Below are positions 47,220 to 56,604 of a DNA stretch of 64,000 nucleotides, one piece after another. Position numbers and translations under genes: made by a program. This stretch comes from a virus. The notes under the pieces were generated by a model. That model was not told where the DNA came from, ran no database searches, and saw only the letters and a list, made by a program, of their open reading frames with translations. The first letter of the stretch is position 1; each line of letters begins with the position of its first letter. The stretch lies in the IMG/VR virus record IMGVR_UViG_3300035698_035359, positions 26,260 to 90,259 of that record, one strand, 5' to 3'.

Positions 47220-47597
47220 ATGGGAGCTATGTCAGAGTGGGTTAAACAAATATATGAAGAAGTATTTTATTATAATTCAGAGACATTTAATGAACATTCT
47301 AAAATGAGACAATATAAATGTGACTTATGTAGAATTGTTCATAAAAACAAAAAAATGAGAGTTCAATGGGAAGATGAAGATTGGTTAATTGTTAATAGTC
47401 CCAAAAACACCCCCATGATTATATTTAAGAAACACGTTAAATATGTTGAGGGTGCTAGATACACTGAGGATTTGGAAGGTTTCTTAAAGTGGATGTTTTT
47501 AATTCATTCAAAAGTTAAAGACCATGAACATAGATATGTGGATATAGATATATATAGAACTTCACCTCATTTTCATGCATACTATAAGTTATTTTGA
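47220..47597 (+). CDS. HIT-like protein
   Basis: CDLC...WEDEDW...KKH...PHFHAY. Confidence 0.5.
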   Translation: MGAMSEWVKQIYEEVFYYNSETFNEHSKMRQYKCDLCRIVHKNKKMRVQWEDEDWLIVNSPKNTPMIIFKKHVKYVEGARYTEDLEGFLKWMFLIHSKVKDHEHRYVDIDIYRTSPHFHAYYKLF

Positions 47598-47770
47598 ACC
47601 AATTAATTTTTTAACTAATTTAATTTCTTCTCTTGTAACTTTTATAATGGTTTTCTTAATATTCCCATTATTAAAGAAAACAGATATAGTTTTATCTTTG
47701 CTATTCACTTCAAACATAAAAACTTCATCAAGTTTAATTCCGAAATTTCTTATTTTAATCCAATTCATTT
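47589..47770 (-). CDS. hypothetical small protein
   Basis: last gene of the leftward right arm; probable start MNWIKIR. Confidence 0.5.
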
Positions 47771-48045
47771 TCAATCTCCCCTCCAATGTATTTTTCTCCA
47801 TCCCATATTTCCATATGCAATGAGTCATCTTTTTTATTCATAAATATTTTAAGATACCCCTTATTTATTAATTCTATCGTTGCTTCTTCAGATTCATCTA
47901 ATCCCATTCCTCCTTTATGAAATAAACTATAACAATTGTTACTTTTTAATAATTCTCTAATAACTTTAATAAAAAATTTTCGTTCTTCATTAGGTAAGTC
48001 TTGCACTTTAATAAAAGGTAAACTTGTAATTGGTGGTGGGTTCAT
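47755..48045 (-). CDS. hypothetical protein
   Basis: coupled ORF, 96 aa. Confidence 0.6.
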   Translation of the reverse strand: MNPPPITSLPFIKVQDLPNEERKFFIKVIRELLKSNNCYSLFHKGGMGLDESEEATIELINKGYLKIFMNKKDDSLHMEIWDGEKYIGGEIENELD

Positions 48046-48662
48046 TATAATACACCTCTTTTTAATGCTCTAGAAACTTGGTAATGTTTTATTACTGCAT
48101 TATCACATTTCACATGAGGTTCTTGTCCTCCAGGCATACTTGTTATATAACAATATTCTAATGGTAAGTCATATATCTTAATATCTTTTTTTTGCTTCAA
48201 AACCCTACCTAAAGCTTTCTGCTCCCAGTCACCAACTTCCATAGCATTTTCATACCATATTCTGCATAACTTTTTAACTTTATCAGTATTCCGCAAAAAC
48301 ATAGTCCCAGAAAGTACTTCTTTTACTCCACTATTGTTTTTATACCAAGTATCCCAATCTAGAGTATATAAAGCTATGCTATACTCTTCTGGAAGGCACT
48401 GGAACAGCTCTGGATAGCTCTCCACAGTACAATCGACATCTAATAGTACGATATTAGTACCCTTATATTTTTCAAGCGTCTGAAGGGCTATCAGGGGCTT
48501 TTGAGCTACATTTTTATGCCAATTATGATAGTTTTCAGCTTCTATAATAAGAGGCTCTATATTAAGCTTTTTAAGTGAAGGTAGTAGATATTTATTAGCC
48601 ACTTCAATATATGGACTGTCTTTAGTTATAAAACAAACTATTTTAAATTCTTCCATGGTCAT
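48045..48662 (-). CDS. nucleotide-diphospho-sugar transferase (GT-A, GT77/GT34-like)
   Basis: KP, LLDVD (DxD), SGTMFL, WEQKAL, LPLEYC, IKHYQ.SR. Confidence 0.75.
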   Translation of the reverse strand: MTMEEFKIVCFITKDSPYIEVANKYLLPSLKKLNIEPLIIEAENYHNWHKNVAQKPLIALQTLEKYKGTNIVLLDVDCTVESYPELFQCLPEEYSIALYTLDWDTWYKNNSGVKEVLSGTMFLRNTDKVKKLCRIWYENAMEVGDWEQKALGRVLKQKKDIKIYDLPLEYCYITSMPGGQEPHVKCDNAVIKHYQVSRALKRGVL

Positions 48663-48996
48663 CTTCCAATCTTATAATATCATCTTCTTTACATCTACCT
48701 TCTTGCACTTCTAATATTCTAGCAACATCTTTTCCATTATTCTGTAACCTATGAACTTCTTTTTTCTTAATCATATCCCAATAACCAAAAATATCTCTAA
48801 TATCTACTTCTTGGTTATCAATGACAAAGGTAACTTTACCTTTTAATAAGTACCAAAATTCAGACCTAAATTTATGAAACTGTAATGAAGTTCTTGATTT
48901 AGGGTTAATTTCTATAATTTTAACTTTGTAATTTTTATCTTGTTCAATAACTTTAAATCTACCCCAAGGTCTTTTAGACCATTTATTTTTTACCAT
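48643..48996 (-). CDS. mannose-6-phosphate isomerase type II cupin domain
   Basis: RPWG, SLQFHKFRSEFW, HRLQN, EVQEG...EDDIIRLEDD. Confidence 0.88.
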   Translation of the reverse strand: MVKNKWSKRPWGRFKVIEQDKNYKVKIIEINPKSRTSLQFHKFRSEFWYLLKGKVTFVIDNQEVDIRDIFGYWDMIKKKEVHRLQNNGKDVARILEVQEGRCKEDDIIRLEDDHGRI

Positions 48997-49220
48997 GGTT
49001 TTATAATCCTACTTTTAGTTTCATGTAATTTTTTAGCTTCTTTTGGATGCTTTAAAAAATACAGTGCCTTTGCCAAATCATTTACAACTACTCCGTGAGT
49101 TTCTTCATCCCACTTAACAAATAATTTAAAGTGCTGTAAAAAGGAAATCATTTTGTCTATCGTTTCTTTTGTTTTACCTTTTTTAACTCCTATAAAACCT
49201 ATTTTCTTTTCATAACTCAT
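48990..49220 (-). CDS. hypothetical protein
   Basis: coupled ORF. Confidence 0.55.
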   Translation of the reverse strand: MSYEKKIGFIGVKKGKTKETIDKMISFLQHFKLFVKWDEETHGVVVNDLAKALYFLKHPKEAKKLHETKSRIIKPW

Positions 49221-49708
49221 TGTTTTTCTTCCCTTTCTTCATAATTTATAATAACGTCAATACCCTCTTCAATAGTAGGAGTTTCATATCTGTTATAAAA
49301 GTTAGTCCAAACTTTATCCCAAACTTCTCTTTTAAAACCCCCATGAGGATTTTTCATTCTTCTATCAACTGAATCTTTTTGACTTAATCTAGGCATTAAA
49401 ATACAAGTAACTTTATATTTATATTTTTTCGCCATATTGATAAAATAATCTCTCCATTCTTGAGCTACATTAACTTCATCAATAAGTAAATTAACCCCTA
49501 GCTTCATAAATTTCTTAGCCATATTATGAGCAGAATCTATAATAATAGGTTCATATTCAGTATTAAATATATATTTACCTCCACCTATACCATAGCGCAT
49601 AGCATCTCTAGAAATTATAACATAGTCTTTCTTTTGATATTTAGAAGCAACAGTAGATTTACCACTTCCTATGTTTCCCACAGTTAAAATTAAATTTTTT
49701 TCTGACAT
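49217..49708 (-). CDS. P-loop kinase (AAA_33 / polynucleotide kinase-like)
   Basis: VGNIGSGKST, ISRDAMR, LIDEVN, PTIEEG. Confidence 0.8.
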   Translation of the reverse strand: MSEKNLILTVGNIGSGKSTVASKYQKKDYVIISRDAMRYGIGGGKYIFNTEYEPIIIDSAHNMAKKFMKLGVNLLIDEVNVAQEWRDYFINMAKKYKYKVTCILMPRLSQKDSVDRRMKNPHGGFKREVWDKVWTNFYNRYETPTIEEGIDVIINYEEREEKQ

Positions 49709-49710
49709 TT

Positions 49711-50322
49711 CTAATTCTCCATTATATAGGTGTAATAAGCAAACCAGTAATCTCTATTTGTGTTGGCAATAACATTACATGGTTGACATATAGTAATTAA
49801 ATTATTAATATTACAATTCTTTTTGTTATAATCTATATGATGAATATCTAATTTTCTATAATAGTCTTTTTCTTTCTTTCCACACTTTTGACAGGTATAA
49901 TTATCTCTTTTTCTTATTTTTTCTTTTAATTTAGAAGTAAATTTTAAGCTATACTCGCCAAAGCTTAAACCACCTTGCCAATTCCAATGTTTATCTCCTA
50001 TCTCGGCTTCACCTATCTTCCTCTTAGTTTCTTCTGATAATTTTCCCCCTCTTAGACTATTAGCTATTTGCTTTCTCATTTTTTTAGTCATTCTTTTCTT
50101 ATGAATAACAACTACTTTGTTTCTATATTTAGGAGTAGTCCATATTTTCTTCATAAATAAACTATGTTCTGGATTCTTTTTCCCCTTTAATTTTTGTCTT
50201 ATTTTTGCTTTAATTTCTTCGCCCATTTTCCTATTTTTATTCCAAGGAATATGTCCTTTTTTAAAACTTCCATTATTTGACTGCCCTTTATGCAAACCCA
50301 TTATTTTACTCCCAATAACCAA
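49711..50322 (-). CDS. HNH homing endonuclease with NUMOD3-type repeats
   Basis: FKKGHIPWNK, LSEETKRKIG, WNWQGG, RDNYTCQKC, HHIDYNK.N...NLITICQPC. Confidence 0.9.
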   Translation of the reverse strand: MVIGSKIMGLHKGQSNNGSFKKGHIPWNKNRKMGEEIKAKIRQKLKGKKNPEHSLFMKKIWTTPKYRNKVVVIHKKRMTKKMRKQIANSLRGGKLSEETKRKIGEAEIGDKHWNWQGGLSFGEYSLKFTSKLKEKIRKRDNYTCQKCGKKEKDYYRKLDIHHIDYNKKNCNINNLITICQPCNVIANTNRDYWFAYYTYIMEN

Positions 50323-50744
50323 TCTTCAAAAATTTCTACGCATTTTCCCTTACTATTTTTATCTATATCTATTTTTAAATCAGGTTCCATAGGGATTTCG
50401 TAAGGTTTATTAGAAGCTAATCTCAATTTTCTTTCCAAGTAAACCCATTTTATAGGAACTATTTTCTGTAACTTTAATCTCGTATCTCTAAATGGAGCAA
50501 TAACAGATACAATTACTAGTTGATTTTGTTTTAGTAACACTTTAGCTAATCTTGCAACTCTTAAATTATGTTCTTCTCTAGCTTCTTTAGTGAAACCTGC
50601 ACCCAGAGAAATACTATCTCGCATTTCATCTCCATCTAGGATTACACAGCTATTATGTTTTTTAAATCCATAAGCTAAAGTTGTTTTACCTGCTCCCGAA
50701 TTTCCAGTGAGCCAAATTATTTGTTTTCTTTTTTGCATTGACAT
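50301..50744 (-). CDS. cysC: adenylyl-sulfate (APS) kinase
   Basis: IWLTGNSGAGKTT, LDGDEMR, GFTKEAREEHNLRV, VSVIAP, YEIP. Confidence 0.88.
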   Translation of the reverse strand: MSMQKRKQIIWLTGNSGAGKTTLAYGFKKHNSCVILDGDEMRDSISLGAGFTKEAREEHNLRVARLAKVLLKQNQLVIVSVIAPFRDTRLKLQKIVPIKWVYLERKLRLASNKPYEIPMEPDLKIDIDKNSKGKCVEIFEDWLLGVK

Positions 50745-50968
50745 TTTTCCCTTTCGTCCATTTTAAATAGTCTTAGAAATGTATAGTGATATAAATAATA
50801 TAGACACATATTAATAGTGCCCCATATTAAGGAAGCTCCCATTGCCCCAAAACTTATCATGGCTTGTTTCACTACCAATTTAAAGAAAATAGCGTTGACT
50901 AATATTACTATGCATCTATATACAAGACCGCTTTTTAGTAATCTAATTGTTTTAATCGGTCTCCACAT
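50717..50968 (-). CDS. DUF2061-like small membrane protein
   Basis: K..VYR, two TMs, LYYLYH..F; adjacent to cysC. Confidence 0.55.
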   Translation of the reverse strand: MWRPIKTIRLLKSGLVYRCIVILVNAIFFKLVVKQAMISFGAMGASLIWGTINMCLYYLYHYTFLRLFKMDEREKCQCKKENK

Positions 50969-51311
50969 TTCGCGATTCCCTAATCTTTGTTGCTGATATT
51001 TGTTCCGTTTCTTTATCTAGACTTATCACACGAATTCCCCATCCCACTTTTCTGCCATGACATACTTCATCTATATCAGGTATTTTAATAACTTTAACTG
51101 TTCCATCCAACATTTCATCCTTAAACTCTGCGATAAACATAAACAATCTTTCATCATAATTATACGGATTACTTTCATCTTTCATAGTATTTCTAATAGC
51201 AACACAAACATTTTTTCCTTCATCTAAAACCGATTGTATTAATTTGATATGCCCAGCGTGGAGAGGTTGATATCTCCCTATCATTAAAGAATAAACTTTT
51301 TTCTCTTTCAT
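50952..51311 (-). CDS. HxGH nucleotidyltransferase (cytidylyltransferase-like)
   Basis: IGRYQPLHAGH, NPY, GRKVGW, ISATKIR. Confidence 0.85.
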   Translation of the reverse strand: MKEKKVYSLMIGRYQPLHAGHIKLIQSVLDEGKNVCVAIRNTMKDESNPYNYDERLFMFIAEFKDEMLDGTVKVIKIPDIDEVCHGRKVGWGIRVISLDKETEQISATKIRESRNVETD

Positions 51312-51470
51312 TTCACTTTCTCCTTTAGATATAATATTCTATTTTTAATTCTATTTTCCTTTATTTGATAATACACTTTTTTCTTTTCAGTTGTTGCGGG
51401 TTGACATACCTCTCTTACATTAAATATTGCTAATTCTATTTCATATAGTAACAGTTCTAATTGTCGATAT

Positions 51471-51776
51471 TTATTCATCTTTATAAAATTCTTCTACATC
51501 ATGATGACCACTATATTTAAGAGATAAATCATTTCCATCTTTTAGTAAATCGATAACCTTTCTTGCCCAAATTCTATCCTCCTCTTTAATTTTTTCTGGT
51601 AATTGTTCATAAGGCACCCATAATCTTTGCCATCTTGCTAATATGTTCTGTCTAACGTCTTGAGTTCTTGATATATTCTTAGACCAAAATACCCATTGCT
51701 CATGTTCTAATGCAGCTAATTTTTCTATTAATTTTTCCATATTTTTCTCCTTTGGGGTGGTGCCCGAAGACACCAC
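51471..51776 (-). CDS. RyR-domain-like protein
   Basis: LAALEHEQW...PYEQLPEKIKEEDR; probable start MEKLIE. Confidence 0.65.
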   Translation of the reverse strand: MVSSGTTPKEKNMEKLIEKLAALEHEQWVFWSKNISRTQDVRQNILARWQRLWVPYEQLPEKIKEEDRIWARKVIDLLKDGNDLSLKYSGHHDVEEFYKDE

Positions 51777-51787
51777 CTATTTTACTA

Positions 51788-52183
51788 TTATCTTGTTCCT
51801 AACTTAATTTTCTTCCAAACAAATTCATTAATTATATAGGTAATATGTTTAATTCCTATATAAGTAAGTGTAATTGCTGTCATCTGTTTCCAATCACCTG
51901 TAATACAATAAGTAATCGTACCTAAAATCACATTACCTAACAATGTTTCATATGTAAACATTTTAGCAATACTTCTAGCAGTTAATCCAACAGGATGTTT
52001 TATCCTCAACCATATTCTTTCATGAAAATAAAATACAACAAGAAATACTCCATGATGAATAACTGTGATTAACCCAGTCTGCACCCAATGTCTTGTATAA
52101 AAATACGTTACTGCACCCAATATCAAAACACCCATAACACGCCATATAGCTGATTTGCTTGCGCTTCTTATTTTAGTTTCCAT
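51788..52183 (-). CDS. tandem DUF2061 membrane protein
   Basis: ETKIRSASKSAIWR...FYFHERIW, repeated as RSIAK...YIINEFVW. Confidence 0.75.
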   Translation of the reverse strand: METKIRSASKSAIWRVMGVLILGAVTYFYTRHWVQTGLITVIHHGVFLVVFYFHERIWLRIKHPVGLTARSIAKMFTYETLLGNVILGTITYCITGDWKQMTAITLTYIGIKHITYIINEFVWKKIKLGTR

Positions 52184-52353
52184 TTCATCCCTCCTCCTAT
52201 CTCACCAACTTTCCAATTATTATCGTTTTGTTCATTCATATCAGCACCGACCCAAACTTCATCGGGCATTACAGTACATTTTTTGTTAAATCCAGTTCCA
52301 GCACAACCAGTTAGCATAAGACTTAATATAAATATCGATATAAATTTTATCAT
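52168..52353 (-). CDS. small lipoprotein
   Basis: signal peptide with LTGC lipobox. Confidence 0.7.
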   Translation of the reverse strand: MIKFISIFILSLMLTGCAGTGFNKKCTVMPDEVWVGADMNEQNDNNWKVGEIGGGMKWKLK

Positions 52354-52760
52354 TTATTTTCCTCTCTTATTTTTTCTTTTATTTTTGTACTACTCTGTAC
52401 TGAGTAGTATGGCATCACTACAACTTTACCATTAATACTATTAATATAATTGTTTGCTGGCATCTCACTATGACTGGCACTTTCAAATAAAATGTCAGGT
52501 TTCAATGCCTTACAATTAGTTAATGGAGAATATTCTTCTTGACATACTGCCATATCTACATTCTTTAAGTTTGCAATAAGTTCTAATCTTTCATCAAATG
52601 ACTTTATCGGTTTAGGCTTTTTTTCCATACAAGCCTCATCAGATAATACGCCACAGATTAAAAAATCACATAAACTCTTACAATTTCTTAGATGCAACAG
52701 ATGTCCTTTATGTAAAATATCTCCAACAACATAACAGTATCCTATTATTTGGTCTTTCAT
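52350..52760 (-). CDS. TagD/RfaE-like cytidylyltransferase
   Basis: GDILHKGH, GVLSDE, KPKPI..F.ER, SSTKIK. Confidence 0.85.
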   Translation of the reverse strand: MKDQIIGYCYVVGDILHKGHLLHLRNCKSLCDFLICGVLSDEACMEKKPKPIKSFDERLELIANLKNVDMAVCQEEYSPLTNCKALKPDILFESASHSEMPANNYINSINGKVVVMPYYSVQSSTKIKEKIREENK

Positions 52761-53689
52761 ATTAACTCCTTTATTTTGTCATATGCCATAGCAAAAGTAG
52801 AGTATTTATTCATTAATAACTGTCTTGCTTGTCTCATATCTTCTAAATGTTCTTCTCTAAAATTACTTTTAACTAGCTCATGTATTTTATTAATTTCATT
52901 TATATTATCCCATTTTCGAATATCAACATAACGAAAAGAATTTTCTGGTAACCAATTTTGAATATTATCACTACCAAAATAAATAGGCATTGCCCATAAC
53001 AACATAGAATCAAAAAATCTTTCACTAAAATAATTCTTTATCCAGTCACCATCTGGAAAGACTCCATGGTCAAAGTCTAAAGAATATCTATAATTTTTTA
53101 ATACTCCCTTTCCTACAGTATGTTCATTATTACGTCCATCAAAAGTTTTATTACCTAAAATTCCTTTATATACTTTATTTAATATAGGATTAGCTTCAAA
53201 TAGCCTTTCTTGCCTACCATATACATCAATATCTTTAGAAACTTTTGTATATGATTCTAAAAACTTAATCCTATGAATATAAGTTGAATATTTATCCCTA
53301 TAAGTAGTTATACTTAATAGATTTTTTTCTTTCTTAGGTGGTTCCATTGCCATTAAAGTATCATAATCCTCTTCTATCCACCATTCACCTATACATAATG
53401 ATGTATCCGCAGGAAATACCGCTAATGCTTTATCTTTTACATCATCCATAGTTTTAAAGGCAGGAATACCTTGAGGATGTTGGGCAAAGAATAAAGTTCT
53501 TTCTATTGGATATTTATGTGTAGGATAACCGTCTACGCATACAACAAAATCTGCTTGCTTTAGGTCTGTTGTTGCTTCCATTTCTTTCCAAATTCCCTTT
53601 TTACCAGGAGTCATTTTAATTATTGTACTTAAAAACACTTCTGGGTTTTTAAAATGTGGACTAGTAAATAATACTTTAAATTTTTTCAT
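52757..53689 (-). CDS. GT10 family (alpha-1,3/4-fucosyltransferase-like) glycosyltransferase
   Basis: YRYSLDF...NYFSERFFDSML...PIYFG. Confidence 0.8.
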   Translation of the reverse strand: MKKFKVLFTSPHFKNPEVFLSTIIKMTPGKKGIWKEMEATTDLKQADFVVCVDGYPTHKYPIERTLFFAQHPQGIPAFKTMDDVKDKALAVFPADTSLCIGEWWIEEDYDTLMAMEPPKKEKNLLSITTYRDKYSTYIHRIKFLESYTKVSKDIDVYGRQERLFEANPILNKVYKGILGNKTFDGRNNEHTVGKGVLKNYRYSLDFDHGVFPDGDWIKNYFSERFFDSMLLWAMPIYFGSDNIQNWLPENSFRYVDIRKWDNINEINKIHELVKSNFREEHLEDMRQARQLLMNKYSTFAMAYDKIKELI

Positions 53690-54497
53690 TTTTCCTCCGT
53701 TTAAGAATTCCCAATTCTCTCAGTTCTTTTCCCATCAAAACAGTAATTTTAACTTTCGGATACTTTTTCTTAAAAAGCTTGAATTTTCTTTTAGCTCCAG
53801 GTCTCCAGTATCCTTTTACTTCAATCCATTCATTAGTTTTAATCAAATAAAAATCAGGACGATAAGTGCAATTACCTAAATCAAAAACTTTCTTTTCATA
53901 TGTCCATTTAATTTTATTTTTATCTAGATACTTAGCATACTTAATTTCCCAGGAACTCCGCATCCATATTTTTTTATAATAGCCTCCTTTATAATTATTA
54001 TCTTTACTTTGACAACCTTTACCAAAATTAGGATTATTTTTACCTACATGAGTTTTATTTAGTTTTTTGGTTTTACTAATACTTTTTTTATGCTCTAATG
54101 AAAGAGGGCATCTTTTTTTGCCTTTGATATATTTATGATAACAGTCAGAACATCTTTTATTTCCATAAGAAATCGGTGATTCGCAATCTATACAAAAGTT
54201 GTTTGTACTAATACCGTTCTTCCAATTAGGGTTATTTTTACCAGATAACTCAGTTCCTTTATGAAAAAATCTATTTTTAACACCAGATATTGCTAATTTA
54301 ACTGCTTCTATTTGAGTTCTTTTAGATATATTATATTTATTTAATCTGTTAGAAATAGTTGAGGAATCACATTTTTGTTCCTTTGTGATTTGGATAATTG
54401 ATTTCTTATTTGTGATATATTCCAAAATAAGAAATTCTTTTGTAATATAATTATATTTCTGATTAAAATATCCTTTATGATTATGATTCCCTTTCAT
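53676..54497 (-). CDS. homing-type endonuclease (NUMOD repeats plus PD-(D/E)xK domain)
   Basis: GKNNPNWK, CIDC..RC..C, RSSWE, YRPDFY, IEVKGYW. Confidence 0.85.
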   Translation of the reverse strand: MKGNHNHKGYFNQKYNYITKEFLILEYITNKKSIIQITKEQKCDSSTISNRLNKYNISKRTQIEAVKLAISGVKNRFFHKGTELSGKNNPNWKNGISTNNFCIDCESPISYGNKRCSDCYHKYIKGKKRCPLSLEHKKSISKTKKLNKTHVGKNNPNFGKGCQSKDNNYKGGYYKKIWMRSSWEIKYAKYLDKNKIKWTYEKKVFDLGNCTYRPDFYLIKTNEWIEVKGYWRPGAKRKFKLFKKKYPKVKITVLMGKELRELGILKRRKNEKI

Positions 54498-54516
54498 AAA
54501 TTAAATTCCTTTTTCA

Positions 54517-56604
54517 TTATATTTCTCCTTTATACCATTCTATAGTTTTTTTCAATCCATTTTCTAAGGACATTTCAGCCTCAAAATTTATTTCTGTTTT
54601 AGCTTTTGATACATCTAAGACTCTGTTTATTTGCCCAGTAGGTTTAGAACTATTAAAAACTACATTCTTTCCATATTCAGTAAGTTTATTCAAAGTTGAA
54701 GCCAAATGACCCATAGTTACTTCTTCTCCACTCCCTATATTTAAAGGTTCAGATTTATTATATTTTTCCATAGCTAATATTATTGCTTTAGCACAATCTT
54801 CTACATATAGAAAATCCCTAGTAACTGGTCGACTTCCCCAGATAGATACTTTGCGTATCTTATTCTTTTTTGCAGTTAGGAATTTCTTGATAAGAGAAGC
54901 AATAACATGAGAAGATTTGTCTCTTGGTCCATATAAATTTGTAGCTAGTAAAAATATAGCATCAAAACTATATTGTTTTCTGTAAGCTTGTGTTTGTACC
55001 AATAACATTTTTTTAGCCATAGCATAAGGAGCATTTGTTATGTTAGGATAACCACTCCATAAATCTTCTTCTTTGAAAGGAGCAGGGCAATTCTCAGGGT
55101 AGCAGGAAGCTGTTCCTAATGTAACAAATTTCTCTAGTTTAAGTTTTCTTGCTTCTTCCATTAATTGAATACCCATTATAGCATTATCATAAAAGAACTC
55201 TGCTGGTCTTTTCATATTGTCTTCAATTCCTCCAGCCAATGCAGCTAAGTGAATTACAATATTAGGTTTAAAGTCAGCATAAGCTTTTTTTATATCACTA
55301 AGCTTCCTTAAATCATATTCTTCAATTTTAGGAATGAAAACTTTATGTCCTCTATGCAATAATTGTATATTTACATGTGAACCTAAGAAACCTTCTCCAC
55401 CAGTTAACATAACTCTTTTAACATTATTATCTGCTACAGATTCCATCATAAAATTTATAGATTTTTCAGGTTTAGATTCTATAATTTTAAGTTTAGGTTT
55501 AAACACTACTTTTTCTGGTGTAATACTTTCTTCTAAACTTGGAGTATTTTTTTCTGGAACAATAACTTTTGGAGTAACAATTTCTGGAACCTCTTCTATT
55601 ATACTACTTTCCACGTATTTATATCTTAATTTTTTATATTTTTTTCTTATCAGGTCTACTAATTGCTGTGCCCTTATCTCATGAGTATGTCTTGATTCGA
55701 TACAAGACCTTGCTCTATTTGTAGCTGAACCCACATAATATTTATTATGTATTATCATACTTGCCTTTTCAAGCAAATCAGAGAAGTCTTCTTTATATGT
55801 GCAATAACTTCCTTCAGGAAATAACATTTTTAGTCCATATTTATCAGATTCATTAGTAAACAACAAACTACCTGAAGCCATTATTTCAAACATTTTAGCT
55901 GAACTAATATCAAAAAGGCTAGAACCATTCAAGTGACAAATATAGTTATGTAAACAAGCAAGATAACTTTGTTCTTTACATGTAGCTTTTTTATTTACAA
56001 AATACGCTTTATCTTTTAATATTTCACATACACCTCTACGAAAAGGATATGCTACTCCTCCGCTATTACCAGCGAAACAAATTTTATTTTCTTTTGAAAT
56101 TGTTTTATCATGATAAAAAGTATTAGTATCCACTGAAAAAGGAAACCACTCATGTTTTACTTTCTGTCCTCTAAGAGATTGAGAATAGTGACGTTGTAGA
56201 ACTAAATTAATTCCATTTTCATAAAACCAATCATCATTGTCTTGATAATGGTAGTCTTCTTCTATTACTAATTTTGGTGTTTTATTAAAAGAAGCAAAAT
56301 CTTTAGGTAGCCAACAGTTATATCTTAACTCTTGCCCCTCTAATCTAGGTGGAGTATATTTTTCAAACATTCTACTCATAGTATTGATAATAACTACATC
56401 AAAGTCTAATTCTTTCTTTAAATCTTCCATAGTCAAATCTTTATCATAGGGAAATGCTAATTTAGGATGACCATTTTCTAGGTCTAATCCATACCCCACT
56501 AAATCTACACCATTTAGTTTCTTTATAGTTTTAGCAAAGTCCATATGAAACCAGTGGTCAAAGTTATACCAACTGGCATATCTATAGAGCCACAAAATAC
56601 GCAT
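54517..56604 (-). CDS. fusion: CgeB/GT1_2-like glycosyltransferase plus GDP-L-fucose synthase
   Basis: N-half FPFSVD, KMFEIMASGSLL, HTHEIRA; C-half TGGEGFLG, HLAALAGGI..N...PAEF, SCYP, YAMAK, NLYGP. Confidence 0.85.
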   Translation of the reverse strand: MRILWLYRYASWYNFDHWFHMDFAKTIKKLNGVDLVGYGLDLENGHPKLAFPYDKDLTMEDLKKELDFDVVIINTMSRMFEKYTPPRLEGQELRYNCWLPKDFASFNKTPKLVIEEDYHYQDNDDWFYENGINLVLQRHYSQSLRGQKVKHEWFPFSVDTNTFYHDKTISKENKICFAGNSGGVAYPFRRGVCEILKDKAYFVNKKATCKEQSYLACLHNYICHLNGSSLFDISSAKMFEIMASGSLLFTNESDKYGLKMLFPEGSYCTYKEDFSDLLEKASMIIHNKYYVGSATNRARSCIESRHTHEIRAQQLVDLIRKKYKKLRYKYVESSIIEEVPEIVTPKVIVPEKNTPSLEESITPEKVVFKPKLKIIESKPEKSINFMMESVADNNVKRVMLTGGEGFLGSHVNIQLLHRGHKVFIPKIEEYDLRKLSDIKKAYADFKPNIVIHLAALAGGIEDNMKRPAEFFYDNAIMGIQLMEEARKLKLEKFVTLGTASCYPENCPAPFKEEDLWSGYPNITNAPYAMAKKMLLVQTQAYRKQYSFDAIFLLATNLYGPRDKSSHVIASLIKKFLTAKKNKIRKVSIWGSRPVTRDFLYVEDCAKAIILAMEKYNKSEPLNIGSGEEVTMGHLASTLNKLTEYGKNVVFNSSKPTGQINRVLDVSKAKTEINFEAEMSLENGLKKTIEWYKGEI

